In this document: positions 8,360-17,980 of the stretch, piece after piece
Position numbering within the stretch: position 1 is the stretch's first letter
Layout of the letters: each line of letters starts with the position of its first letter
From: Deltaproteobacteria bacterium
Lineage (GTDB): Bacteria > Desulfobacterota > Binatia > HRBIN30 > JACQVA1
DNA: 64,000 nt
Reading direction: 5' to 3'
Assembly (NCBI GenBank): GCA_016178705.1
Contig: JACOST010000032.1
Location: forward strand, 152,448 to 216,447
Position numbers and translations under genes: made by a program
The notes under the pieces: model-generated
Database searches by the model: none
What the model saw: the letters and a program-made list of their open reading frames with translations, nothing else
What the model was told of the DNA's origin: nothing

Positions 8360-9957
8360 CGTGCGGGATCTGCGGGCAACGCCACGCGAAAGGTCGAGCC
8401 GACGCCGATTCGGCTGGTCACGTTGATCTCACCACCGAGCAACTCGACCACGCGCTTCACCAAGTAGAGCCCGAGTCCGACGCCGCCGCGCGCGTGTGCG
8501 CCTTGGCGGAACATGCCGAAGATCTGCGGGAGGTCCTCGGCGGCGATGCCGGGCCCGCTGTCGGCCACTGTTAACTCCAGCCGCCGCGCGGCCGCATCGT
8601 AGCCAATCGTGATGGTGATCGTGCCCGCGCGAGTGAACTTGAGCGCGTTGCTGACGAGATTGCGCACGATGAGCTTCAACTTCTCCGGATCGCTGCAAAA
8701 CCCCGGCACCGCGTCGGCCTGCCAGCGCAGTGGTACCTGTCCCCAATCCGGATACTCTTCAAACTCGAGCAGCAGCTCAGCCCACAACTGATCGAGACTC
8801 ACCGGCACCGACTCGATCAGCGAGCGGCCCGCCTCCAATCGGTTGAGGTCGAGCGTCGCGTTGATCAATGCGGCCAAGCTCAACGACGTCGAGCGCATGC
8901 GTCGCAAGGCGTCGAGCTGCTCGGCAGTGACGGGTCCGAGCACGCCCTCGATCTGCAAATCGGTATAGCCGATGATGACATTCAGCGGCGTGCGCAAGTC
9001 GTGCGACACCGACGCGAGAAAATCACTCTTGAGCCGATCGGCGCGCCGCAGTTCCTCGATCAGTTGCGCGTTCTCCACCGCGACCGCCGCTTGCATGGCG
9101 AGAATTTCCGCTCGTTGGCTCAGGCGATCATCGAGGCATCCGGGCGTGTGCGGTTCGTGCAGCGCCAGCACACCTAGCGGCCCTCGCCGTCCGTTGAGCG
9201 GCAGGAGCAACACCGTCGGTGGCACGTTCGGCTCCCCGTTGCTGTCGACGGCCATCGTCGTGCCCGTGCGCAGCGTGATCACCAGCGATCCGCCACGATC
9301 GAGCGGATAGTGCTCCTGCGACAGGAACGCCGTGGCGCCTTCGCTGGCGACCGGAACCAGGCCGGTCTCGCGCACGAGAAAGAGGCGTGCGGCGCTGACG
9401 CCGAGCAAGCGGCGCCCCTGGGAGCAAATCAGGAGACATAGCTCGTCCAGCGTCTGCGCCGCATGCAGCGCCAGCGATACCTCCGCCAAGGTGGCCTGAA
9501 ACGCGGCGGCTTCGCGCAGCTCGGCATCAGCCATCGTGCGAGCGCTCACGTCGCGCGCAACGCCGACGATCAACGGCAGGCCGTCTTGGCCGTCGATGAC
9601 CGCCGGCACGAACTCGGCATAGCTCAACGATCCGTCCTTGCGACGAATCGCCATCTCCACCGGGAACTGTAACTCGCCGCCGGCAAGAAACGACGCGATG
9701 CGCGCCCCGTTGGCGGCGAAATCTTCCGGTGTGAGCAGGTCGCTGATATTCAGTCGTGGCAGATCGGCTTCCGTGTACCCCGTAGCACGATAGAAGGCCG
9801 GATTGACCGCCAGCAACCGCCCGTCGAGATCGTGGACGTAAAACACGTCGCCAGTTTCGTTGAGCAGTCGCCACCACGCCCCGACGGCCGCGGGATCGAC
9901 GGGCGAGTGCGTCAGAGACAGTTCAGATTTGCGCGCCGGGCGTGCGATCGAATTCAC
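8356..9957 (-). CDS. PAS/GAF sensor histidine kinase
   Basis: 533 aa; PAS-like VFYVHDLDGRLLAVNPAFYRATGYTEADL; H-box FLASVSHDLRTPLN; ATPase boxes LVSNALKF, DSGPGI, GVGLGLY. Confidence 0.9.
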   Translation of the reverse strand: MNSIARPARKSELSLTHSPVDPAAVGAWWRLLNETGDVFYVHDLDGRLLAVNPAFYRATGYTEADLPRLNISDLLTPEDFAANGARIASFLAGGELQFPVEMAIRRKDGSLSYAEFVPAVIDGQDGLPLIVGVARDVSARTMADAELREAAAFQATLAEVSLALHAAQTLDELCLLICSQGRRLLGVSAARLFLVRETGLVPVASEGATAFLSQEHYPLDRGGSLVITLRTGTTMAVDSNGEPNVPPTVLLLPLNGRRGPLGVLALHEPHTPGCLDDRLSQRAEILAMQAAVAVENAQLIEELRRADRLKSDFLASVSHDLRTPLNVIIGYTDLQIEGVLGPVTAEQLDALRRMRSTSLSLAALINATLDLNRLEAGRSLIESVPVSLDQLWAELLLEFEEYPDWGQVPLRWQADAVPGFCSDPEKLKLIVRNLVSNALKFTRAGTITITIGYDAAARRLELTVADSGPGIAAEDLPQIFGMFRQGAHARGGVGLGLYLVKRVVELLGGEINVTSRIGVGSTFRVALPADPAR

Positions 9958-10084
9958 CTTTCATGGGTGCCCGACTAGCGCTAGCGGTCGGCACTTGTCA
10001 AAGGCAGCGGCGGCTTCGCACGAAGGAGGAACGATATCCCCGATCGCCATACCGGCGAGAGAGAGAGTGACTGGAAGGTCGCGC

Positions 10085-10190
10085 GTCGTCGCGACCGCTT
10101 CTTCGCCAATGGCGGCGCCGACGACGCGGCGCCCTCCACGAACCGGTTCATGAGCAGAGGCCGCCTTATTCTGGCGGCGTCTCGAAGGGC
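10085..10190. repeat. degenerate or partial copy of the 123-nt element (intergenic)
   Basis: ggcggcgtctcgaagggc at 10173-10190 is identical to the terminus at 3368-3385; upstream cgaccgcttcttcgcc resembles cgaccgacttcttccg of copy 2; the rest has diverged. Confidence 0.35.
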
Positions 10191-10245
10191 GTGTACGCGA
10201 GAGCATCGACGGTCTCGAAAGTCGGAATCCAGGAGTCACAACCCT

Positions 10246-10267
10246 CCGGCTTTCGCCGGCATGACGG
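10246..10267 (+). repeat. ccggctttcgccggNatgacg palindromic repeat unit
   Basis: ccggctttcgccggcatgacg; same core as 43838-43857; preceded by ggaatccagg, which is the complement of the cctggattcc arm seen at 43829. Confidence 0.5.
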
Positions 10268-10284
10268 GGCTAACCATTTCCGCG

Positions 10285-10920
10285 CTACGGCCGCGCACGG
10301 GGCTCGACCGCAATCGCCACCGCTTCGGTGTAGGTGAGTTCGACCAGATCACCGACGCTCAGCAGAACCAGTCGCTCGGGATTGCGGACCTTCACGGGCA
10401 TCAGCTTCCCTGCCGGACCCTGCAACACAATCATCCCCAGCCGCTCGTTGATTTCCTTGATCGTTCCGGTGACGGTCGCGACACGCGCAATCGCGCCGGC
10501 GGGTCTGTCGCCGAGTTGCGCTCGGTCAACCTCCACGCCCAATGCGGCTCCTGGCTGCGCGCCGCCCGCCGGCTTGACCTGGTACGCGATCGATTCGTAG
10601 TAGGTAACGGCGACTTCGTCGCCGCTTTTGACCTGATCGAGATTCCGCACGTCGTCACCAACCGCTGTTGTGAACGTCGAGCCGTCCGGCCGCTTGAGGG
10701 TCACGTGACGCGTCTTGGGATCGACGTGTTCGACGATCGCCGTGGCCTTCACAACGGTCTCGCCCAAATCTCCACCCAGCTCCTCAGCCGCTGCGCCCGC
10801 CGACTGAAACGCGGGGTCCGGTATCGGCGCTATCTGTGGCACTGGCGGTGACGCAGAACATCCCGCCAACAGCATCGCCCCGATTGTCGCTAGTCCAACT
10901 CTCCGCTCGCGCATTTCCAT
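10285..10920 (-). CDS. lipoprotein with two tandem small beta-domain repeats, function unknown
   Basis: Lipobox LLAGC after MEMRERRVGLATIGAM; two similar segments (VEHVDPKTRHVTLKRPDGS..GDEVAVTYYE and IKEINERLGMIVLQGPAGK..GDLVELTYTE). Start taken at M11; the ORF extends to 10950. Confidence 0.65.
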   Translation of the reverse strand: MEMRERRVGLATIGAMLLAGCSASPPVPQIAPIPDPAFQSAGAAAEELGGDLGETVVKATAIVEHVDPKTRHVTLKRPDGSTFTTAVGDDVRNLDQVKSGDEVAVTYYESIAYQVKPAGGAQPGAALGVEVDRAQLGDRPAGAIARVATVTGTIKEINERLGMIVLQGPAGKLMPVKVRNPERLVLLSVGDLVELTYTEAVAIAVEPRARP

Positions 10921-10960
10921 TCCTCCCCTTCGCGTCCAACACCGAATCAAACGTCGCCGT

Positions 10961-11653
10961 TCACGGCGCGACGCGCCATTGCTCCCACACCTTCCACAGG
11001 AGCAGCTTCTGATACTCGAAGATCACTCGCCGGACGAAGGCGCGGTGATGCCACCAGGTGGCGGGATCGTAGGTGTCGAAGGGCGACGCACAGACGGTGA
11101 ACTGCACACTGTTGCCGGCCACCGAGCGAAAAATCATTCCGGCTCGGCGCGCGTGCAGCTTCGACGTCACCAGCAGCACGCGGTGAATGCCGGCGTGGCG
11201 CAGGAACGCCACGGCGATTTCTGCTTCGCTGCGCGTGCTCGTCGCATGGCCCGGTGCGGTGACAATCGCGCTTGCCGGCACGCCGAACTGGGTCGCCACG
11301 GAAACATTCACATCGTGACGATCGGGGACCTCGACGCCACGGGCGCGTGCTGCCGCCACACCAGGCGCCTCGTCTTCACGCGTCAGCACGATGGCTGGCG
11401 CCAAGCCGCCGCGATACAGCTCGACGGCTTCGAGCATCCGGTCGGGCACCGAGCCTGACACCACGACGATGGCTTCGGCGCGATCACGCGGCTCGTCGAC
11501 GACGAGATACGCCCCGACCGCGGTCAGCAGCGGCTGCCGCATCCACCACGCGGCGACCGCGAGCGCGAGCCACACCATCCCGCCCGCAACGACACCGCCG
11601 CGCCAACGCCGGCGATGAATGCGACCCACATTGCTTGGATCCGCTGCCTGCAT
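10961..11653 (-). CDS. YdcF/ElyC-like DUF218 protein
   Basis: 230 aa; N-terminal TM helix then AIVVVSGSVPDRMLEAVELYRGGLAPAIVLT..VTSKLHARRA, typical of DUF218. Confidence 0.75.
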   Translation of the reverse strand: MQAADPSNVGRIHRRRWRGGVVAGGMVWLALAVAAWWMRQPLLTAVGAYLVVDEPRDRAEAIVVVSGSVPDRMLEAVELYRGGLAPAIVLTREDEAPGVAAARARGVEVPDRHDVNVSVATQFGVPASAIVTAPGHATSTRSEAEIAVAFLRHAGIHRVLLVTSKLHARRAGMIFRSVAGNSVQFTVCASPFDTYDPATWWHHRAFVRRVIFEYQKLLLWKVWEQWRVAP

Positions 11654-11708
11654 GGTTGCCGGTCTCTCCGTGTCCTGCTACTGCGCCCCTCGTGATGGGG
11701 GTGACCAC

Positions 11709-11987
11709 ATGACTCGATTGGCGCTCGCACTAGTGTTGGCGGCGGGTTGCGGCATCGCGACGGCTGCGTCGACCACCGACGAGAAGGCGACCATCAAAAC
11801 CGAACACGAACGACTCGAGCGCGAGCAAGACCGCGTGCGCAAGGAACAGAAGAAGCTCAACGAAGAAATGCGCGCGCTGCGGCGCGAGGTGCTGCGGCTG
11901 CGCCAGCGCGAACGCAGCCTCGCGACGGAGCCCGGCGAAAAGCCGGTGCCACTCGCACCGATGCCGCCACTACCGCCGACGAAATAG
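11709..11987 (+). CDS. small secreted coiled-coil lipoprotein
   Basis: ATG at M31 of ORF 11619..11987; MTRLALALVLAAGCGIA lipobox; charged heptad-like EHERLEREQDRVRKEQKKLNEEMRALRREV; Pro-rich tail. Confidence 0.55.
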   Translation: MTRLALALVLAAGCGIATAASTTDEKATIKTEHERLEREQDRVRKEQKKLNEEMRALRREVLRLRQRERSLATEPGEKPVPLAPMPPLPPTK

Positions 11988-12101
11988 TCTCGAACGCACC
12001 GCGCGCCATCGCCCATCACGTTTTCTATGGCACAGCGGCCGCGCTGAGCGAAACGCTGCGGTGGTTGCGCCGCGACTTCGCTGTGCCGTATCGTTCGCTG
12101 C

Positions 12102-12470
12102 ATGCCCGACGACCGCCAGATACTCGGTGCCGAGGGCGAACGCGCGGCGGAAAAGTTCCTGCGCCGGCATCGCTATCGGATCTTGCAACGCAACTACCGC
12201 TGCGCCGCCGGCGAAGTTGACATCGTCGCCCTCGACGGCACTACCGTCGTCTTCGTCGAGGTGAAGACCCGTACGCAAGAAGGTTTTGGAAGCCCACTCG
12301 ACGCCGTCGACCGCCGCAAGCAAGGCCAACTGGCGCGAGCCGCCAGATACTATCTCAGCGAGCACGCGTTGCACGATCGTGACGCACGCTTCGATGTGGT
12401 CGGCGTCTGGTGGGAAGGAGATCGCGTCACCTGCGAGCTGATCCAGAATGCCTTCGACCTACCCGAGTGA
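12102..12470 (+). CDS. yraN: YraN-family (UPF0102) endonuclease-like protein
   Basis: 122 aa; GERAAEKFLRRHRYRILQRNYRCAAGEVDIVALDGTTVVFVEVKTR. Confidence 0.85.
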   Translation: MPDDRQILGAEGERAAEKFLRRHRYRILQRNYRCAAGEVDIVALDGTTVVFVEVKTRTQEGFGSPLDAVDRRKQGQLARAARYYLSEHALHDRDARFDVVGVWWEGDRVTCELIQNAFDLPE

Positions 12471-12503
12471 GCAGTCCGAGGCGTCATCCATCAGCATCGC
12501 ACG

Positions 12504-15500
12504 TCACGCGCACTCGCCGAGCGCGTTGTTGACGCCGACCACTAGTTCATCGACCGTCACGTCGCCGCTCTGATCCCCGTCGAACTCGGGACAGTTCTCC
12601 AGTGGCACCGTTCCGAGCGCGATGTTGACGCCCAGCACCAGTTCTTCAACCGTGACCGCGCCGTCATGACCGCAATCGCCAACGCACGCCGGACCACCAG
12701 TCGTGGTCGGCGTCGGTGAGGCGCCCGGGGTCGTGGGCGTCGCGGTCGGCGTTGCCCCAGCACCGGCTGTGGTCGCGGTCGGCGACGAGGTGAAGGAGGC
12801 CAAGCCGGTCGTAGTTACTGTCGGCGTCGCGATCACCATGCCTGTGGGAGTTCGCGTCGGCGTAGGAGTCTGGGTTGGTGTGGCCGTCGGCGCATCCGGC
12901 ACGCTCAGATCGATGGCCCACAGCTCGATACCGTGAATCCCGTCGTTCACGACGAAGAAGAGATGATTGGCGGACACCCTGAAGTTGTACCCGGCGATCG
13001 CCGCGATAGGCACAGTGCCAGCGTCGGTGCCGTCGCTGCGCCACAGTTGTGTGCCGTGCACGCCATCGTTGGCGTCAAAGTAGAGTGTGCCACTCACATT
13101 GGTCAGAGATGACGGAAATGAGTGACCCGCCCCTGGATTGATATCCTTCACCAGCACCGTGCCGGTAGAGGTCCCGTCACTCTTCCACAGCTCGATCCCG
13201 GTGGTGCCGTCGTTGGCCGAGAAGAAGAGCGTGCCGTTGACGTTCGTGAAACCCGTTGGATTCGATCCAGTGGCGCCCGGAGCAATATCCTTCACCATCG
13301 TCGTGCCGGCGTCAGTCCCATTGCTGCGCCACAGCTCGCTGCCGTTGATTCCGTCGTTCGCCGTGAAGAGCAGCGTGCCGTTCAAATTGACAAGCTCGGC
13401 AACCCCGCCGCCGCTACCACCCGGGTGAATGTCTTTCACCAAGACGGTGCCGGCAGGCGTGCCGTCGCTCTTCCACAGGTCTCTGCCGAAACCGCCGTTG
13501 AAGGTGGCCACGGTGGTGAAGAAGAGCGTCGTGCCGATCGGAACAAAATTCTTCGGAATCGACGCCAAAGAGCCCGGAGCAATGTCCTTGACTTGAATCG
13601 TTCCCGCATCCGTCCCGTCGCTCCTCCAGAGCTCAATGCCGGTGGTGCCATCATCCGCTGTGAAGTAGAGGAGATTGCCGACGGCGGCCATGACGGGCGG
13701 AAAGGACGGATTGTCGTTACTGCCGGAGGAACCCGGATGGATATCTTTCACCAGGACTGTGCCGTCGGTCGTGCCATCGGTCTTCCACAGTTCGTAACCG
13801 TGGACCTGATCGTTGGCGTAGAAGAACAGCCAACCCCCGGCAATGGTGAAGCTGATCGGTGCAGAGTCGACCGTTCCGGGACGAATATCCTTCACCAACG
13901 TCGTACCCGCTTCCGTGCCGTCGCTCTTCCACAACTCGCGGCCGTGGGTGAATTCGATCGCGGAAAAAAACAGCGCTCCGTTGAATACCGTCAATCCCGC
14001 AGGTGGTGAGGTATTCGGCGGCTGGATGTCCTTGACTTGCATCGTGCCGGCATCGCTGCCGTCGCTCGTCCATAGATCGTACTCGGGGACACGTTGACTG
14101 GCGTCGCCGGCGTTCCTAGCCGAGAAGAAAAGTTTGCCCGCGAAGTTCGTGAGCGAGTCCGGAATACTGTCGGCCGTTCCGGGATAGACATCCTTGACCA
14201 GATGCGTGCCGGCATCCGTTCCGTCGCTCGTCCACAGCTCCGTGGCGCTCAGCGGATCGGTCGCGGCAAAGAACAGCCGACCATTGGCAACGATGAGATT
14301 GGACGGGTTGGAGTTCGCCGCGCCGGGATAGATGTCTTTCACCAATACGGTTCCGTTCACGGTCCCATCGCTCTTCCACAGCTCGGTCCCGTGCGTGCTG
14401 TCGCTGTTCACAAAGAATACCGTGCTGCCCAATTTCGAGAACGAGCCGGCAGCGCTAGATTGAATGGATCCGTGATTAGTGAGGGGGATGGTCCCGGCTT
14501 CCGTCCCGTCGCTCTTCCACAAATCGGAGCCCGTCGCGCTAAACGCCGCGAAGAACAGCGTGCCGTTTACGTCCGTAAACGCGAATGGGCTTTGGGCGAA
14601 GCTCTTCACCACCACCGTGCCGGTGGTCGTACCGTCACTCTTCCACAGGCCCGATGTCGTCTGGTCAACCGCCGCGCTGAAGAAGAAAGTACTACCGACA
14701 GCGCCCGCTCCGTAGGCAATTGGGAAGAGAGGGAAATTCGCAATCGCGTTGGTACCGCCGGTGGTGCCGTCGCTCACCCACAAGTCGAAGGTCGAACCGT
14801 TCGCCCCCAACGTCTGAAAAAAGAGCAAGTTGCCCGCCGCACTCAGACCGCTTGGTCCCACTCGAAGCAGGTTCGGCGGGAAGCTCTGCAGAAGTACAGT
14901 ACCGGCGTCGGTGCCGTCGCTCTTCCACAGACCAAAGCCGGTGCCGACACGCGCCACGAACAAGAGCGCTCCGCCGACGTTGACGAGACCCGAAGGGAAC
15001 GAACCTAGCCCACCGGGCACGATATCTTTCACTAGAACGGTTCCGGCTTCAGTGCCGTCGCTCTTCCACAACTCGTTGCCGCTCACGCCGTCGCTGCCAC
15101 TGAAGTACAGCACCCCGTTGACGTTGGTGAGGCTGTTCGGAATGATCGTCTTCACTAGCACCGTACCGTTGCTCGTGCCGTCGCTCTTCCACAAACCCAC
15201 GTGCGTTGCGTCCACCGTGGCGCTGAAGAAGAGGGTGCCGTTCACGTTGATGAACCCACTAGGCCTCGATTCGCCATTGGGGTTGATGTCTTTGACGAGC
15301 ACCGTGCCTTGCGCGGTGCCGTCGCTCTTCCACAGCTCGACGCCGTGCACACCGTCGTTGCCGGCGAAGAATACCGTGTCACCGACCGCCCCGGTATCCG
15401 CCACGCCGATCCCGCTCGGTTGCGGATTGATGTCCTTGACCAGGTAGGGTGCCGACGCGCCGTGTGCGAGCAACGGAGTGCCGAGAGCCAGCGTCAGGGC

Positions 15501-15527
15501 AATCAGAGCCACGCGCAGTTGAATCAT
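12504..15527 (-). CDS. secreted ELWxxDGT-repeat protein (about 17 repeats) with Pro/Thr linker and C-terminal dockerin-like double EF-hand
   Basis: True start at M369 of ORF 12504..16631 (MIQLRVALIALTLALGTPLLAHGA signal peptide, GGAGGA SD upstream); repeated ELWKSDGTxxGT..VKDI.PG; PTATPTQTPTPTRTPT linker; GDCGHDGAVTVEELVLGVNIALG + DGDQSGDVTVDELVVGVNNALG. Confidence 0.85.
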   Translation of the reverse strand: MIQLRVALIALTLALGTPLLAHGASAPYLVKDINPQPSGIGVADTGAVGDTVFFAGNDGVHGVELWKSDGTAQGTVLVKDINPNGESRPSGFINVNGTLFFSATVDATHVGLWKSDGTSNGTVLVKTIIPNSLTNVNGVLYFSGSDGVSGNELWKSDGTEAGTVLVKDIVPGGLGSFPSGLVNVGGALLFVARVGTGFGLWKSDGTDAGTVLLQSFPPNLLRVGPSGLSAAGNLLFFQTLGANGSTFDLWVSDGTTGGTNAIANFPLFPIAYGAGAVGSTFFFSAAVDQTTSGLWKSDGTTTGTVVVKSFAQSPFAFTDVNGTLFFAAFSATGSDLWKSDGTEAGTIPLTNHGSIQSSAAGSFSKLGSTVFFVNSDSTHGTELWKSDGTVNGTVLVKDIYPGAANSNPSNLIVANGRLFFAATDPLSATELWTSDGTDAGTHLVKDVYPGTADSIPDSLTNFAGKLFFSARNAGDASQRVPEYDLWTSDGSDAGTMQVKDIQPPNTSPPAGLTVFNGALFFSAIEFTHGRELWKSDGTEAGTTLVKDIRPGTVDSAPISFTIAGGWLFFYANDQVHGYELWKTDGTTDGTVLVKDIHPGSSGSNDNPSFPPVMAAVGNLLYFTADDGTTGIELWRSDGTDAGTIQVKDIAPGSLASIPKNFVPIGTTLFFTTVATFNGGFGRDLWKSDGTPAGTVLVKDIHPGGSGGGVAELVNLNGTLLFTANDGINGSELWRSNGTDAGTTMVKDIAPGATGSNPTGFTNVNGTLFFSANDGTTGIELWKSDGTSTGTVLVKDINPGAGHSFPSSLTNVSGTLYFDANDGVHGTQLWRSDGTDAGTVPIAAIAGYNFRVSANHLFFVVNDGIHGIELWAIDLSVPDAPTATPTQTPTPTRTPTGMVIATPTVTTTGLASFTSSPTATTAGAGATPTATPTTPGASPTPTTTGGPACVGDCGHDGAVTVEELVLGVNIALGTVPLENCPEFDGDQSGDVTVDELVVGVNNALGECA

Positions 15528-15964
15528 TCCTTCCTCCTGCAGATCGACTCGAACCGACTGCGACCGCACCCATGCGCCACCACGACCCCGTACAGACACA
15601 GCCGCGGCTCTTGTATCCTCAAGCAGCGTCGTTTTTCCAGTACGAAACAACGACGGCCCAGACGGCTCAGCTCTTACTCGCGCCGGAAGGCGTACGCGCA
15701 TGCCGGCGCGCATCGCGTCGTTCTGTGGGCGCTCGCCGACGAGTGCGCTCAACTGGAAGTGTTCCGCAAGCGCGTCGTGCCACTGCTCGATGGTTAACGG
15801 ACGTAGGCTGACGTGAGGGGTCCGCCTGCGTGCCGTGACCGGTGAGTCTCGATCGTGATCCGTAGCTCCGACGCCATCCTGTGCGATCGGCGGCTTGCTG
15901 GGCGAGATGCGATTGCTCACGTTGCTCGCACGCTTACGATTTATCTCTCCGCGACGAGCACCGC

Positions 15965-17014
15965 TCAAGGTGCCGCCGCACGCTGTTCCGCGCGATGAAT
16001 GAAATCGCGTACCACCTTGAGGTATTTGTCCGACTCTTCGAAGAACGGCGTGTGGGCACTCTTCTCGAAGATCACCATCTCTGACCCCGGCAGCGCGTTG
16101 TGGCACAACGCGGTCGCACGCGGGCTGGTCTCGTCGAAGCGCCCCGCGATGTAGAGGGCAGGAGATTTGATTTCCTTCAGGCGCGCGGTCTGGTCCCAGT
16201 CTTTCAGGTTTCCGGTGCAGGTGAACTCGTTGGGACCCTGCATCGTGACGTAGACCGCTTCGTTGGCTCCAGCGAACGCGCGTTCGAGGGCGTCGGGCCA
16301 CACCGCAAGCCTGCACACATGCCGCTTGTAATACTCGAGGACGGCGCTCTGGTATTCGGGGCACTGGGTGTATCCGCCCGCTTCGTGACGGTCCAGGGTG
16401 GCGCGCGTAGCGGCGGGAAGTTCCTTGCGATAGGTGGCCGCGTCGCGCGACCATTCGGGGAACGAGCACAATGGGTTGGAGAAGATCAGACTCACGACAC
16501 CATCGGGCTGCGTGAGTGCATAGTCGGTCAGCAGCATCGAGCCCCACGACTGCCCGAGAATATGCGCGCGCTTCAATCCGAGCGCACTGCGAAGTTCTGC
16601 GAGCTCCTCGACGAAGCGGTCGATCGTCCACAGCGACTTGTCATCCGGGTGATCTGATTTTCCCGAGCCGAGTTGGTCGTAGAAGACCACCGGTCTTTCG
16701 TGGCACAACACGCCAATCGGTTCCAGGTAGTCATGCGTGAATCCTGGGCCGCCATGCAGTACGATCAGCGGCGTCGCATCGCCGTCACCAACAATTTCGT
16801 ACCAGACCTTGCCGCCCGTGACAGTGACGGAGCCCTCTCGCACCGCGCATCCGAACGGGAATTGTGAATTCTCCGCCCAGGCGATGCTTGCGAGCGTGGA
16901 AAGGCTCACCACCAGGATCACTAGCAGCGCTCTCGTCGTCGGGCGCGAGCACTCACTGAACATTGGGTTTTCCTTTCCAGAACTTGAGCGCTTATCGCGC
17001 ACGCGCGAACTCAA
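15965..17014 (-). CDS. secreted proline iminopeptidase-family alpha/beta hydrolase
   Basis: 349 aa; PLIVLHGGPGFTHDYLEP and nucleophile elbow GQSWGSMLL; hydrophobic signal segment; start may be M18 (16963). Confidence 0.8.
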   Translation of the reverse strand: MSSRVRDKRSSSGKENPMFSECSRPTTRALLVILVVSLSTLASIAWAENSQFPFGCAVREGSVTVTGGKVWYEIVGDGDATPLIVLHGGPGFTHDYLEPIGVLCHERPVVFYDQLGSGKSDHPDDKSLWTIDRFVEELAELRSALGLKRAHILGQSWGSMLLTDYALTQPDGVVSLIFSNPLCSFPEWSRDAATYRKELPAATRATLDRHEAGGYTQCPEYQSAVLEYYKRHVCRLAVWPDALERAFAGANEAVYVTMQGPNEFTCTGNLKDWDQTARLKEIKSPALYIAGRFDETSPRATALCHNALPGSEMVIFEKSAHTPFFEESDKYLKVVRDFIHRAEQRAAAP

Positions 17015-17139
17015 CTCAAGGGCGATCGCCTCCGGAGCACTCGGTCAACGGACGACCGTGCCGCAAGGCGGCACGATTCGCCGCCTTCACGGTTCTTCGA
17101 CACTCCGGTTCGTGTCTTCGACAAGTGCTGAACGGAAGT

Positions 17140-17886
17140 TCAGCGTGCCCATTGTGTGCCGGGCGGGGTGTCGCAGGGGCCGCCGATACGTTCAAGCGTC
17201 ACCATGAGGTCGCCGAGGTCCGGACGATGCCACAGCATGTGGCCGTCGGCATCGAGTCTGCGTGTGATCTCAATGGGGAAGCGTGGCGGTCGCAACACGA
17301 ACACACCATTCTCATACGTGGCGGCCACGTTGATCGGGGTCTTGAAGTCGAATGCGGACACATCGTGGATGCCGTTCTCCTCGGTGCCGTCGGCCCGCGC
17401 GTCGGCAATCGTCCCGCCCCCGATGTCAACGATTCGGTTGCCACACTGCTCGATGCGCTCCACGTAGGCGTAGATAGGGTGACCCGCTGGCACGGGCTTG
17501 CGAACCCGCTCGACGCCCAGCGTCTTCCAGAAGAGAAACCGTACGATCGAAAAAAGCCTAGAGGAAGGCTTGGAGGAAGTCTCGTCGGCCCACTCGGCGC
17601 GCAGCGTCCGCCAGAGCCCGCGCAGATCGGGCGCGCCCTTCACGATCGGCTCGGTGCACGTGGCAAGAACCGGCTTGGGAAACTTGTCTCCGTAGCCGCT
17701 CGGCGGGGTGTGGGCCACTGGGATGTCGTTCACCGACACGGCCCGCCCAGCAGTCGTCGAGGTATTCGAGGCGTCGGCGTCGCTGATTGGCGGGCACTCA
17801 AGCTTCGGTTCTGTGGACGCGTGGGCAGTCGTCATGGAGGCGCACACCATAGCTGCGCCGAGCAGAAGGTGTTGTGGAATACGCAT
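17140..17886 (-). CDS. secreted hypothetical protein
   Basis: 248 aa; signal peptide MRIPQHLLLGAAMVCASMTTAHA; no motif recognised. Confidence 0.6.
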   Translation of the reverse strand: MRIPQHLLLGAAMVCASMTTAHASTEPKLECPPISDADASNTSTTAGRAVSVNDIPVAHTPPSGYGDKFPKPVLATCTEPIVKGAPDLRGLWRTLRAEWADETSSKPSSRLFSIVRFLFWKTLGVERVRKPVPAGHPIYAYVERIEQCGNRIVDIGGGTIADARADGTEENGIHDVSAFDFKTPINVAATYENGVFVLRPPRFPIEITRRLDADGHMLWHRPDLGDLMVTLERIGGPCDTPPGTQWAR

Positions 17887-17980
17887 AGGGACAGTGCGCT
17901 ACCGCCGATCCTGGAACGGACTCCGGGAATTCGCAAGTGTGCGCCCGCTACGCACCGCGCCGACGCTTCGGCTTGCCTGC

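Noticed and set aside
15640-15800. Protein-like stretch LTIEQWHDALAEHFQLSALVGERPQ upstream of the ELWxxDGT gene (possible gene relic)
   Set aside because: No start or stop context, no recognisable family, and it lies in the rejected ORF extension. Insufficient evidence.
15528-16631. 368-codon 5' extension of ORF 12504..16631
   Set aside because: Arg-rich junk that overlaps the well-supported iminopeptidase gene in another frame. A signal peptide preceded by GGAGGA marks the real start at 15527.
17488-17501. Sigma-54-like TGGCACgggcTTGC
   Set aside because: The GG-to-GC spacing is one nt short of consensus. The site lies inside, and antisense to, the 17140..17886 coding sequence.
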